Source: an uncultured virus (IMG/VR IMGVR_UViG_3300042507_001994)
Taxonomy: Duplodnaviria; Heunggongvirae; Uroviricota; Caudoviricetes
DNA length: 64,000 nt
Virus record (IMG/VR): IMGVR_UViG_3300042507_001994
Direction: 5' to 3' (one strand)
Shown here: one piece after another, positions 19,087-27,382 of the stretch
Position numbering within the stretch: position 1 is the first letter of the stretch
How the letters are laid out: each line of letters begins with the position of its first letter
Notes under the pieces: model-generated
Databases searched by the model: none
Seen by the model: the letters and a program-made list of their open reading frames with translations, nothing else
What the model was told of the DNA's origin: nothing
Program-made: the position numbers and the translations under genes

Positions 19087-20583
19087 TCAATAATAACTGA
19101 CGGGCCGTCTGTAAGCCATCTCATCAGGCTCATCCGAGGCAATGGAGATGAAGCCTCCCTTGCGGAACCTCATCAATGCCTGAGAGGCAGAGTCCGTCAA
19201 GTCATCATGCTCCCCATAGGGGAACTCTGCCATCTCTTCAGAAACCTCCTCCGCCCACCTCCGGTCAGGTCTCCAAACCATCCCAGAGGCAAACAGATCC
19301 ACCACGGCATTCACCCGGGAGATCTTGTCCTGCCCTTTGTAGGGGGTGTATTCAGAGACCGGGACTCCGGCCTTACGAAGCTCATACACCAAAGGAGCGC
19401 CAGCGGCTCTCTTTTCAATGATCGTCGTGTCAGGGCTCCATTCCCTGTAAAGCTCCACAGCCTTCCTCTTCAGGTCCGGGAACTCCATCCGCTGCTTCAA
19501 CGCATCCAGAAGGATGATGTTGGGAACCATGTTCCCATGTCTATCCTCCCGGTCAAACACCCCCCAGGTGGTACATGCCGAGTAGTCAGCCCTGTTGGAT
19601 GTCTCAAAAGCGGTGTCCCAAGACTGAATGATGTACTGGCACGGCGGAGGACTCTCCCCCTCCCATATCTTCCAGTACTCCCTCTTAACTATCGCCCCCT
19701 CTTCCGAGGTTGGGTTCTGCTGGTACTGAGCCTCCCACTTGGCTACAGGGATCTCAGCCTTGATCGACTCCAACTCCTCCTTCTTCCAGAACCCAGGCCA
19801 CAAGGGAGTGCCAGAAGGAAGAATGGCCGGGAACTCAATGATCTCCCAGTCATCAGTGCCATCTTTTGAAGAGTTCTTCAGGATCTGCCCGGTCAAGTCC
19901 TTCTTGGACCACCGGGTCATCACAACAATGATCGCTCCCCCAGGCTGTAAACGCTGTCTCGGTCCAGAGGTGTACCACTCATACACAGCGTCATACACCG
20001 CAGGGTTCCCCTGCTTGGCCTCCTGCTCACTATGGGGATCGTCAATGATCAACAGATCCGCACCCTTACCCGTCACCGCCCCACCAACACCGATAGCGAA
20101 GTAGTCCCCACCCTTGTCTGTGTTCCATCTCCCAGCAGCCTTCGAGTCACTGGAAAGCTGAGTCCCAAAGACCTTCTTGTAATCCTCCGACGAGACAAGG
20201 TTGCGAACCTTCCGGCCAAACCCCACAGCCAATTCCGCTGTATGTGCCGTCTGGATGATCTTCTTCTCAGGAAACTTCCCAAGGAACCAAGCAGGAAGCA
20301 GATACGAAGCAAACTCAGACTTGGTGTGTCTCGGAGGCATGTTGATGATCAGCCTCTTCAACTCCCCATTGGCAACCCTCTCGAAAGCATCAGCCATGAT
20401 CTGATGATGCTTCCCAGAGATAAACACAGGCCACATCTGCTTGACAAAGAACAGGAAGCTCTCCCGGCACCTCTGTACCCTGTCCATCTCAAGAAGAGCC
20501 TTGATCTTCTTCCTGTCCCCCTCCGACACCTTGTCCACTATCTGAAGATAACTTGAGATCTCCTGCCTTGACAACAATGTCAT
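19087..20583 (-). CDS. terL: Terminase large subunit
   Basis: MPPRHTKS Walker A, LLIIDDP Walker B, SWDTA and HDDLTDS RNaseH-like nuclease motifs. Confidence 0.95.
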   Translation of the reverse strand: MTLLSRQEISSYLQIVDKVSEGDRKKIKALLEMDRVQRCRESFLFFVKQMWPVFISGKHHQIMADAFERVANGELKRLIINMPPRHTKSEFASYLLPAWFLGKFPEKKIIQTAHTAELAVGFGRKVRNLVSSEDYKKVFGTQLSSDSKAAGRWNTDKGGDYFAIGVGGAVTGKGADLLIIDDPHSEQEAKQGNPAVYDAVYEWYTSGPRQRLQPGGAIIVVMTRWSKKDLTGQILKNSSKDGTDDWEIIEFPAILPSGTPLWPGFWKKEELESIKAEIPVAKWEAQYQQNPTSEEGAIVKREYWKIWEGESPPPCQYIIQSWDTAFETSNRADYSACTTWGVFDREDRHGNMVPNIILLDALKQRMEFPDLKRKAVELYREWSPDTTIIEKRAAGAPLVYELRKAGVPVSEYTPYKGQDKISRVNAVVDLFASGMVWRPDRRWAEEVSEEMAEFPYGEHDDLTDSASQALMRFRKGGFISIASDEPDEMAYRRPVSYY

Positions 20584-20764
20584 ATCGCCCTCTGTCCTTT
20601 GATATATATCCCTTGTCCCTCAGCGCCCCCACCAACCTGTACGTGCCGCCACATGATCTGACCTTGCAGCCTATCGCTATCACCCTGTACGTCGGAACAA
20701 CGCCCCATTTCCTCTTGTACGCCTCTATAAACTCCAGGACGAACCTCTGTCTCCTGGTCAACAT
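20489..20764 (-). CDS. LexA-like N-terminal winged-HTH DNA-binding protein (no protease domain)
   Basis: MLTRRQRFVLEFI...PTYRVIA...LRDKGYI. Confidence 0.7.
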   Translation of the reverse strand: MLTRRQRFVLEFIEAYKRKWGVVPTYRVIAIGCKVRSCGGTYRLVGALRDKGYISKDRGRYDIVVKAGDLKLSSDSGQGVGGGQEEDQGSS

Positions 20765-20871
20765 ACATCCGGCTTTTTCCATTTCTCAACATGACCGGGG
20801 GGTGTCTCTATATATATAGGGGGTGGGGGTCTGGAGGATGGGAATGAAAGGGGGTGGGCTGGATATTGGGG

Positions 20872-20938
20872 GAAATGTTTGAGTGGAATCGGGGTGAAAT
20901 GTTTGAGTGGAATCTAGGGGAAATGTTTGAGTGGAATC
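20872..20938 (+). repeat. Three exact 19-bp direct repeats GAAATGTTTGAGTGGAATC, 24-bp period
   Basis: Copies start at 20872, 20896 and 20920. Confidence 0.95.
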
Positions 20939-21034
20939 GAGCGTAACGTGGCGGAGGGTGGTCATCGCAGCCCAGCCCCCCTCCCCCACCGGTGCCCTCC
21001 CGCTCACCCGCTCCCGTGTACACGCACCCGCGTT

Positions 21035-21706
21035 TCAACGCTCGTCAGTGCCGGTCTTGCCCACTAGGCGCAGGTGCTGCGCGAGGTCGCGTCGCAGTGC
21101 ATCGGGCGACGCGGTCTTGTCCTGCTGTTGAGGTGCTGATGTAAACGCGCCGGAGGCCTTGCCGAGCATTTCAAGGGCTCGCAGCCGTGTCGTGTCCGAT
21201 GCCCCCTTACTCAACTCCACCAGACTCTTCAGCACATACCGTCTCGCCGCCGCCTGATCCTCCACCAGCGCCTCCTGGGTCTCATCCCATGCTGCCTGGA
21301 TGATTGCCCGGATCCTTGGGTTCTTGCTCAGCCTGGACGCTGCGACGCTCACTGCCTCATCTGATGCATGCGACCCATACGCTTGTCTGTACGCTGCGCG
21401 GAGGCCCATCCCCTCGATAACGCCTCTGGCGAAGGACAGTTGCTTCTGCGTCAGAGGACGCACCCTCCTGAAGTCAGGCGCTCCCCTTAGCTGCCCATCA
21501 GCCCTCTTCCCTGGTCCTGGTGATGTCCAGGCCGACTGTTCCGCTTCGCTTCCCTCCTGGCCGGGGCTTGATGCGTTTACACGCTCGAGGTCTTCCTCGG
21601 CCTGCTCCAGGGCAGCGAGTAGCTCCTCGGAGGTCGCTCGGCCCCTTCCCTCTCCCGGGCGCTGGTCTTTTCCTGGATGCATGTACAGCCCTGATGTTCT
21701 ATCCAA
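21035..21706 (-). CDS. terS: Terminase small subunit (start uncertain)
   Basis: LTQKQLSFA...AAYRQAY...ASRLSKNPRI...RLRALEMLGK; upstream of terL. Confidence 0.8.
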   Translation of the reverse strand: MDRTSGLYMHPGKDQRPGEGRGRATSEELLAALEQAEEDLERVNASSPGQEGSEAEQSAWTSPGPGKRADGQLRGAPDFRRVRPLTQKQLSFARGVIEGMGLRAAYRQAYGSHASDEAVSVAASRLSKNPRIRAIIQAAWDETQEALVEDQAAARRYVLKSLVELSKGASDTTRLRALEMLGKASGAFTSAPQQQDKTASPDALRRDLAQHLRLVGKTGTDER

Positions 21707-21717
21707 TGGTGTTCACA

Positions 21718-21767
21718 TTATCCACAGGTTGTTCAAACAGAGCAAGTTGTCCACAGGCTGTGGATAA
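21718..21767. promoter_or_regulatory. DnaA-box cluster
   Basis: TTATCCACA 21718-21726, TTGTCCACA 21747-21755, TGTGGATAA 21759-21767. Confidence 0.75.
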
Positions 21768-21888
21768 ACTCTTGACCCTTGGGTTTACTTGGTCTTCTGT
21801 CCCTGCTACTCACGCGTGCGGGCGCACGCATTCGTTGTCCGGCTGGCCGGGCCTTGTGCTGCTAGTGCAGTCCTCGCGCAACACCCTA

Positions 21889-21917
21889 TTGCAATTACCC
21901 GTTTAACACGGTATGCT
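21889..21917 (+). promoter_or_regulatory. Sigma70-like promoter of the early operon
   Basis: TTGCAA-17 bp-TATGCT. Confidence 0.65.
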
Positions 21918-21978
21918 CGCGGTGCCCGCAAGGGCCCCCGCAGCGAAGGTCGCAGCGGCGGCAGAACAGGAGTTCGAG

Positions 21979-22551
21979 ATGTCCTATCAGACCCGCGAGG
22001 AGTGGCTCACTGCCGCCCTCGGCATCATCCGGGACCGCGTGCCCGGCGTCGCGTCACGCGTGCGTGTCGCGTGCGGCTTCCCCTCGACCTACACCCGGTC
22101 CGGCACTCTGTCGGAGTGCTGGCCCGACCAAGCATCCCGGGACGGCACCTGGGAAGTTCTCATCTCCCCGACCGTCGCCCTCCCCACTGAAGTGTTCGCC
22201 CTGCTCCTGGGCAGCGTGCTGCATACCCTCCCGGGCGCTGCCTCGAAGACGTCCAACACCTACCGGGCGGCCTGCTTGGATGCTGGTCTGGCCCCCGCCG
22301 ACGACGCGTGGAAGTCCCTGACCGGCACCGAGTACTTGTGGGAGGCATGCGGGGCAGACCTTGAGGCCATCGGGCCTTACCCCCATGCCGAGATCCAGGC
22401 CGGGACCAAGAAGGTCCAGACAACCCGCATGCTCAAGCTCACCTGCCCTCAGTGCGGCTACATCGTCCGCACCAGCGCCCGCTGGCTCGCCACCGGCGTT
22501 CCGACCTGCCACGACGGCGCCCAGTTCAATGTTGAGGAGTCCGCAGAATGA
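21979..22551 (+). CDS. SprT-like zincin homologue with degenerate HExxH and C-terminal Zn ribbon
   Basis: ECW...EVLISP...LLGSVLH...GPYPHA...QTTRMLKLTCPQCGY; ACAGGAG RBS. Confidence 0.65.
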   Translation: MSYQTREEWLTAALGIIRDRVPGVASRVRVACGFPSTYTRSGTLSECWPDQASRDGTWEVLISPTVALPTEVFALLLGSVLHTLPGAASKTSNTYRAACLDAGLAPADDAWKSLTGTEYLWEACGADLEAIGPYPHAEIQAGTKKVQTTRMLKLTCPQCGYIVRTSARWLATGVPTCHDGAQFNVEESAE

Positions 22552-24065
22552 ATTCAATCCAGGCCCAGGCCGCGCTGGCCTCCATCCCCATGCCTGCTCT
22601 GCTCGCTGCCTATCGGGCCCTGACGGGCGATATGGCATCGACCGTGTCCCGGTCCAAGGTCATCCAGTCCCTGGCATCACTGGTCGGCAAGGGTCAACTG
22701 ACCGTTGACGACATCCGCAACAACGGTGCCCAGGCTGGCCGCGCCACGTTGGGTCGCGCCACGCCCGCATTCACCCCCCCAGCAGCCCCCGCCCTCGATG
22801 CCCGCGTCATGCAGCATGTAGCCGACGCGAAGGACGCAGCCGAGGCAGTCCGCCAGCAGGAGGAGGCATCCGCCCGAGCCCTGGCTGCCCGCATCGACGG
22901 GGTCGCTCGGGACATTGGATCCCTGGCCTCGACTGTGTCCGCCCGGGTGACGTCCATCGACGGCACCATCGCAGACCTGGGCACCAAGATCGGCGCCCTG
23001 GCGACCGACCTGCGCAGGGTTGCGCGGTCCGATGCTGACCAGATCCAGACCCAGGTGGCCGAGGCAGTGTCTGCCGCACTGCGTCCGATCCTGGCGGTGA
23101 TCGAGGAGCGCCCCGAGCTTGTCCCCCAGGTCGCCCAGGCTGCAGCAACTCCGGTCCTGGCCGACTGCGATGAGGTCTTCGGCCTCGATGTCCGCGACCC
23201 CCGGGGCGAGCCGCTGCGGTTCTCTGTCTACGCGCACCCCGAGGCGCCCGCGATTGACGGTCACCATCTCTGGACCGAACGCATGGTGCGCTACCTCGCC
23301 CTCGCCCAGGCTACCGGGCGAAATGTCTGGCTAGGTGGTCCCGCTGGCACGGGCAAGACACAGACCGTCGCGCAGTTCGCCGCCCGCACCGGACGCATGT
23401 TCCGGCGCTTTGTCTTCGACCGGCTGGCGACCCGCGAGGACTACCTCGGCGCCATCGGCCTGCAGCAGGGCTCGACCGTGTTTCAACAGGGTCCGGTGTT
23501 GGACGTTTACACCACGCCCGGTGCGGTCTGCCTGCTCGATGAGGTCGGCATGGGCAATGCGAGCGCCCTGTCCAGCCTCAATGGCTGGCTCGAACCCGGC
23601 GCCCGCATGGCTTATGCCGACAAGGTCTGGCACCGCGCCGCAGGGTCGATGTTCTTCGCGTGCGACAACTCGCTCACCCAGGGTGACCAGTCTGGTAGGT
23701 ATGCCGGGGTTGGACAGATGAACGTGGCCTTCGCTGACCGGTTCAGCTTTGTCGTGCCGATGACATACCTCGACCCCGACCAGGAGGCCGACGCTATCGC
23801 CCGGCACACTGGCTGCTCGGTCGCCCTGGCGCGGCACGTAGTCGATGCCCTGGCCGTTTGCCGCTCGAAGGTTGACAAGGGCGAGATCATCGACGCCCCG
23901 TCGATCAGACAGGCTATCGCCTTCGTCGAGGCGTGCCGGTTCCTGCCCGTCGCTGAGGCGTGGCAACTGGCGATCCTGGCCCGCCAGCCCGCCGAGTCCT
24001 CGGTCGCGCTGGCTGCGGTCTACGCATCCACCATCAGCGAATACCTGATCATGCAGGAGGTCTGA
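22548..24065 (+). CDS. MoxR/CobS-like AAA+ ATPase
   Basis: GPAGTGKT Walker A, LLDEV Walker B, AFADRF arginine finger; coiled-coil N-terminal part. Confidence 0.85.
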   Translation: MNSIQAQAALASIPMPALLAAYRALTGDMASTVSRSKVIQSLASLVGKGQLTVDDIRNNGAQAGRATLGRATPAFTPPAAPALDARVMQHVADAKDAAEAVRQQEEASARALAARIDGVARDIGSLASTVSARVTSIDGTIADLGTKIGALATDLRRVARSDADQIQTQVAEAVSAALRPILAVIEERPELVPQVAQAAATPVLADCDEVFGLDVRDPRGEPLRFSVYAHPEAPAIDGHHLWTERMVRYLALAQATGRNVWLGGPAGTGKTQTVAQFAARTGRMFRRFVFDRLATREDYLGAIGLQQGSTVFQQGPVLDVYTTPGAVCLLDEVGMGNASALSSLNGWLEPGARMAYADKVWHRAAGSMFFACDNSLTQGDQSGRYAGVGQMNVAFADRFSFVVPMTYLDPDQEADAIARHTGCSVALARHVVDALAVCRSKVDKGEIIDAPSIRQAIAFVEACRFLPVAEAWQLAILARQPAESSVALAAVYASTISEYLIMQEV

Positions 24066-24066
24066 C

Positions 24067-25815
24067 ATGTCCGCCCTCGCCACCCTCGCCCCCATCATGG
24101 CCCGCCCCTGGGTCCACGGTCACGCCTTCCGGCGTGGCATCGAGACGTTCGCTCACCACGCTTGCGCAGCCCTGGGCCTCGCCCCGGTGGAGGTCGCGTG
24201 GACCAACTACATCATGACCGCAGCTATCAACGCGCACGGCACGATGCTCCTGCCCGACTGCGCCGACGACGAACGCAAGACGCGTGGTGACGTTGCCCGC
24301 ATCGCTGGGTACGTGACGCACGAACTCCTGCACCGCAAGTACACCGACTTCACCGCCCGCGACAAGCGCCCCTATGTCGCCGCCCTGCACAACGCAATCG
24401 AGGATGCATGGATCGAGCGCCGCGCCGCCCGCGAAGGCCTGCTCGGCAATATCCGGCCCCTGCTCGGGGCCATGATCGAGGACATGGTGACCGAGTCCCT
24501 GGCCGCTAACCCCGACTGGACCGACCCAGCACAGTACCCATGGTCCCTGGCAGTCCTGGCTCGGGGCTATGGGGTGACCGTCCCGATCCCCGGCACCCTC
24601 CTGCCCGCCTTCCGGTCGGTCGCTGACGGGGTCGATGGATGCAGCACCTCTCACGACACCCTCGCCCTGGCGCAATGGCTCTTCGACCAACTGCAGCAAG
24701 ACCCGCAGGACCAGGACCAGCAGCAGGACCAGGATCAGCAGCAGGATCAGCAGCAGGACTCGCAAGGCCAGGACGGAGAGGGCCAGGACGATGCCGCCCA
24801 GGACGGGCAGCAGGATGGCCCGCAGGGCGCCCAGGACGGAGAGGGCCAGGACGGGCAGCAGGATGCCCAGGACGGAGAGGGCCAGGACGGGCAGCAGGAC
24901 GGGCAGCAGCAGGGCCAGGAAGGCCAGCAGCAGGGCCAGCAGCAGGGCGATGCCCCCGCCGACGCAGGCCCCGCGCAGCGCCCCGGCCCCCATACGACGC
25001 CCCGCGAGACTGAGCCGCACCCGGGGCACGGGACCGGGCCCGCATCCGGCGGCAGCTACCAGCGCAAACCGGCGCCCCCCGGGAAGCTGGGCTCCTATGC
25101 ATCAGTGTCCTGGGCCGCGAACCTCGCAGTCCCCGCCCGCCTGCGCTATGAGGTCCGCAGGCTCTTCGAGAACTCAGCCCGTGAGTGGAGAGACGGTGGC
25201 TTTAGGTCCGGCACCCTGCACCGCGCCGCCCTGCACAAGGTGCCGCTGGACCGACCCGAGGTCTTCGCCCGACGGTTCAGTGAGGAGGGGATCGATTCCG
25301 CCGTGGTGATCCTGCTCGACATCTCCGGGTCGATGAACCCCGAATTCTTCCAGCCGCCCTACATCGAGCAATCAAAGATTGCGACTGCGGTGTCCTCCTG
25401 CATCATGCTCATGGACTGCCTCGCCCAGGCGGGGGCTCAATCGATGGTCATCGCGTTCGGCATGAACACGCACGTGATCAAGGGCTGGAATCAGAACTGG
25501 CGTACCGTGGTGCCTACCCTGCAGCAGATCGGGACCGAGGGCGACACGAACGACTTCCATGCTCTGCGCCTCGCGCATGAGCATCTACTGCAGCACCCCG
25601 CACAACGTCGCGTGGTGTTCGCCCTGACCGATGGCGAGGGAAACAAGGACGACACCCGGGCGCAGCGGGCCAGCGGGGAGGCACTGGGAATCCAGCACTG
25701 GTGCCTGGGCATCCAGCACGACGCCCGCCATACCTGGGGCCCGAACACCATCCGCGTGGACCGCGTCGCAGACCTGGGCCGGGTGGCCTTTCAACAGATC
25801 AAGCAAGCCGCTTGA
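24067..25815 (+). CDS. CobT-like protein: HExxH metallopeptidase-like domain, acidic Q/D/G linker, VWA domain
   Basis: THELLH...[23 protein letters not shown]. Confidence 0.85.
   Translation: MSALATLAPIMARPWVHGHAFRRGIETFAHHACAALGLAPVEVAWTNYIMTAAINAHGTMLLPDCADDERKTRGDVARIAGYVTHELLHRKYTDFTARDKRPYVAALHNAIEDAWIERRAAREGLLGNIRPLLGAMIEDMVTESLAANPDWTDPAQYPWSLAVLARGYGVTVPIPGTLLPAFRSVADGVDGCSTSHDTLALAQWLFDQLQQDPQDQDQQQDQDQQQDQQQDSQGQDGEGQDDAAQDGQQDGPQGAQDGEGQDGQQDAQDGEGQDGQQDGQQQGQEGQQQGQQQGDAPADAGPAQRPGPHTTPRETEPHPGHGTGPASGGSYQRKPAPPGKLGSYASVSWAANLAVPARLRYEVRRLFENSAREWRDGGFRSGTLHRAALHKVPLDRPEVFARRFSEEGIDSAVVILLDISGSMNPEFFQPPYIEQSKIATAVSSCIMLMDCLAQAGAQSMVIAFGMNTHVIKGWNQNWRTVVPTLQQIGTEGDTNDFHALRLAHEHLLQHPAQRRVVFALTDGEGNKDDTRAQRASGEALGIQHWCLGIQHDARHTWGPNTIRVDRVADLGRVAFQQIKQAA
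24700..24955 (+). repeat. Low-complexity tandem repeats ([23 protein letters not shown] units)
   Basis: CCAGGACGGAGAGGGCCAGGACG occurs three times within the linker. Confidence 0.85.
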
Positions 25816-25858
25816 AACCAGTAGCCCCCCACTGGGGGAATCAACAGGAGGTGTAAAC

Positions 25859-26152
25859 ATGTTCGCAGAACTCTTCCAGAACGAGGCCCAGGCCCGCGCC
25901 CGCCTCGACGCCTGGGCAGCAGGCATCCGGGACGATTGGTCCGTCGGGCCCGTCGTCGAGGCCCGCAGGGGCCCGGACAGCCCCGCGCCACACTGGAGCG
26001 CCGACAGCGTGGCGCCCGTGCAGCGCCCCCAGGTGACCGGCCCGCTGCGCGTCCTGCGCCGAGAGGCCCGGGGACTGTGGGCCGGCGCCGGGGCATGGGG
26101 CACGAGCCGCGCCGCCATCGAGGTCGCCTTCCCCGTGGAGGCGCAGCAATGA
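25859..26152 (+). CDS. Hypothetical protein
   Basis: ACAGGAGG RBS, start MFAELFQ. Confidence 0.55.
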   Translation: MFAELFQNEAQARARLDAWAAGIRDDWSVGPVVEARRGPDSPAPHWSADSVAPVQRPQVTGPLRVLRREARGLWAGAGAWGTSRAAIEVAFPVEAQQ

Positions 26153-26472
26153 TTGACTCAATCATCAGAGCCCTGGACGCTGGCAGGGACTGCGCGATAG
26201 CCGCAGGAGAGGCGGACTATCAATCCGCCCAGCAACTCGAACGCCAGGGTATGCAGGGATCAGCCGCCCGGGCGCACGACAGCTACAAGCGGCGCATGGC
26301 CGCGCTGCACGTAATCGAAGCGGCACGGGCGCGGGCGCGACTGCTCCCGGAACTAGTGGAAGCCCTTCGCTGGGCACTGTCCCAGGTGGAGGATGACATG
26401 GACCCGGACCACCGGGCCGCGCTCACCGCCGCCCGCAAGGTGCTGGCCCTGGCCGAGGAGGGGCAGCCGTGA
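26149..26472 (+). CDS. Hypothetical protein
   Basis: ATGA overlap; PELVEALR motif common in small phage ORFs. Confidence 0.55.
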   Translation: MIDSIIRALDAGRDCAIAAGEADYQSAQQLERQGMQGSAARAHDSYKRRMAALHVIEAARARARLLPELVEALRWALSQVEDDMDPDHRAALTAARKVLALAEEGQP

Positions 26473-26660
26473 GCAAATACGACGAAGAGGAGTCCCCCCT
26501 CGACGGACGCACGTTTACATGTAAACGATGCGGGGAGCAATGCCAAGCCCGCTTTGTCGACAACGGAATCGGGCCCTACGAATACTGGGGCGCCGCCGGG
26601 CGCCATTCTCAGATCGACATCGAATCTATCTGCTGCGGCAGTTCCGTGGAGGAACAATGA
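26469..26660 (+). CDS. Small Zn-ribbon protein
   Basis: CKRCG...DNGIGPYEYWG...CCG. Confidence 0.6.
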   Translation: MSKYDEEESPLDGRTFTCKRCGEQCQARFVDNGIGPYEYWGAAGRHSQIDIESICCGSSVEEQ

Positions 26661-27028
26661 ACACTCACAAACTCGCTATCGGAATCATCCGAGAGGTTTC
26701 CCTCGGGAAACGGGAAGCATGGGACGTTCTTTGCCTTGTGGCAGAGCATGAGCCCGATGCACTGTGCCGGTCGCTGGGGATCTCCATCCCTTCGGGGTTT
26801 GCTCGGGCAGGAGCCACGGCCCCGGGGTGGGTCGAGGAGGCTCGACAGTTTTTGGCGGCAGGCAATATGGTCGCGGCTATCAAGCATGTCCGCACCCACC
26901 GTGGTTTTGGCTTGAAGGGAGCCAAGGACGTTGTCGATTACTCCAAGCAATTCACCAACGACGAGCAGTGCCGCGAGGCTTTGGCGACATGGGTTCCCCC
27001 TCCGGCTAACTCATCAATTCCGTTCTGA
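26657..27028 (+). CDS. Protein with ribosomal L7/L12 C-terminal-like domain
   Basis: NMVAAIKHVRTHRGFGLKGAKDVVD matches the bL12 AIK.VR..TG.GLKEAK..V pattern; GGAGG RBS. Confidence 0.65.
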   Translation: MNTHKLAIGIIREVSLGKREAWDVLCLVAEHEPDALCRSLGISIPSGFARAGATAPGWVEEARQFLAAGNMVAAIKHVRTHRGFGLKGAKDVVDYSKQFTNDEQCREALATWVPPPANSSIPF

Positions 27029-27092
27029 ACATGGAAAGATATATTCTTCCCGTTTACATCTTGATCATCCTCCTTCTGCTGACGGGGGTTAT

Positions 27093-27329
27093 ATGATCAA
27101 GACCATCACCCACCATGCCCCACAGTTCCTCAAAGATACATGGAGGCAACATGAGGTTTCTCTGGTTCTGGTGCCGACGATTGACCATGTGCTGGCCGGC
27201 GAACTGTTCATTCAGTGGCAGGGCAAGGCATACGGTCTGTATAGACTGACCCAAGACCGGGCGCCTCGGTTCATCGGTCTTTACAGGGACATCATGGGCG
27301 CCCTGTTCAAAGCAGAGCAGCTGGACTGA
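27093..27329 (+). CDS. Hypothetical protein
   Basis: 78 aa, last gene before the terminator. Confidence 0.5.
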   Translation: MIKTITHHAPQFLKDTWRQHEVSLVLVPTIDHVLAGELFIQWQGKAYGLYRLTQDRAPRFIGLYRDIMGALFKAEQLD

Positions 27330-27350
27330 AATCGACCATTTCAATCCGAC

Positions 27351-27381
27351 AAAAAACGGGGCCTCGGCCCCGTTGTCTTTT
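27351..27381. terminator. Bidirectional terminator between convergent operons
   Basis: AACGGGGCC..GGCCCCGTT inverted repeat flanked by an A-run and a T-rich run. Confidence 0.85.
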
Positions 27382-27382
27382 G

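Noticed and set aside
20872..20938. Possible mini-CRISPR array
   Set aside because: Spacers are only 5 bp, repeats are 19 bp and there is no cas operon. The Cas4-like gene sits in a normal exonuclease-Sak-SSB recombination module.
20786..21038. Short ORFs with LDSTQTF or RFHSNISP repeats
   Set aside because: They are translations of the 24-bp DNA repeat and lack an RBS, so the repeat is more plausibly a DNA element.
22548..25815. Cobalamin biosynthesis (cobS/cobT) as auxiliary metabolism
   Set aside because: There is no cobN or other cob gene; the motifs only support a generic MoxR AAA+/VWA pair.
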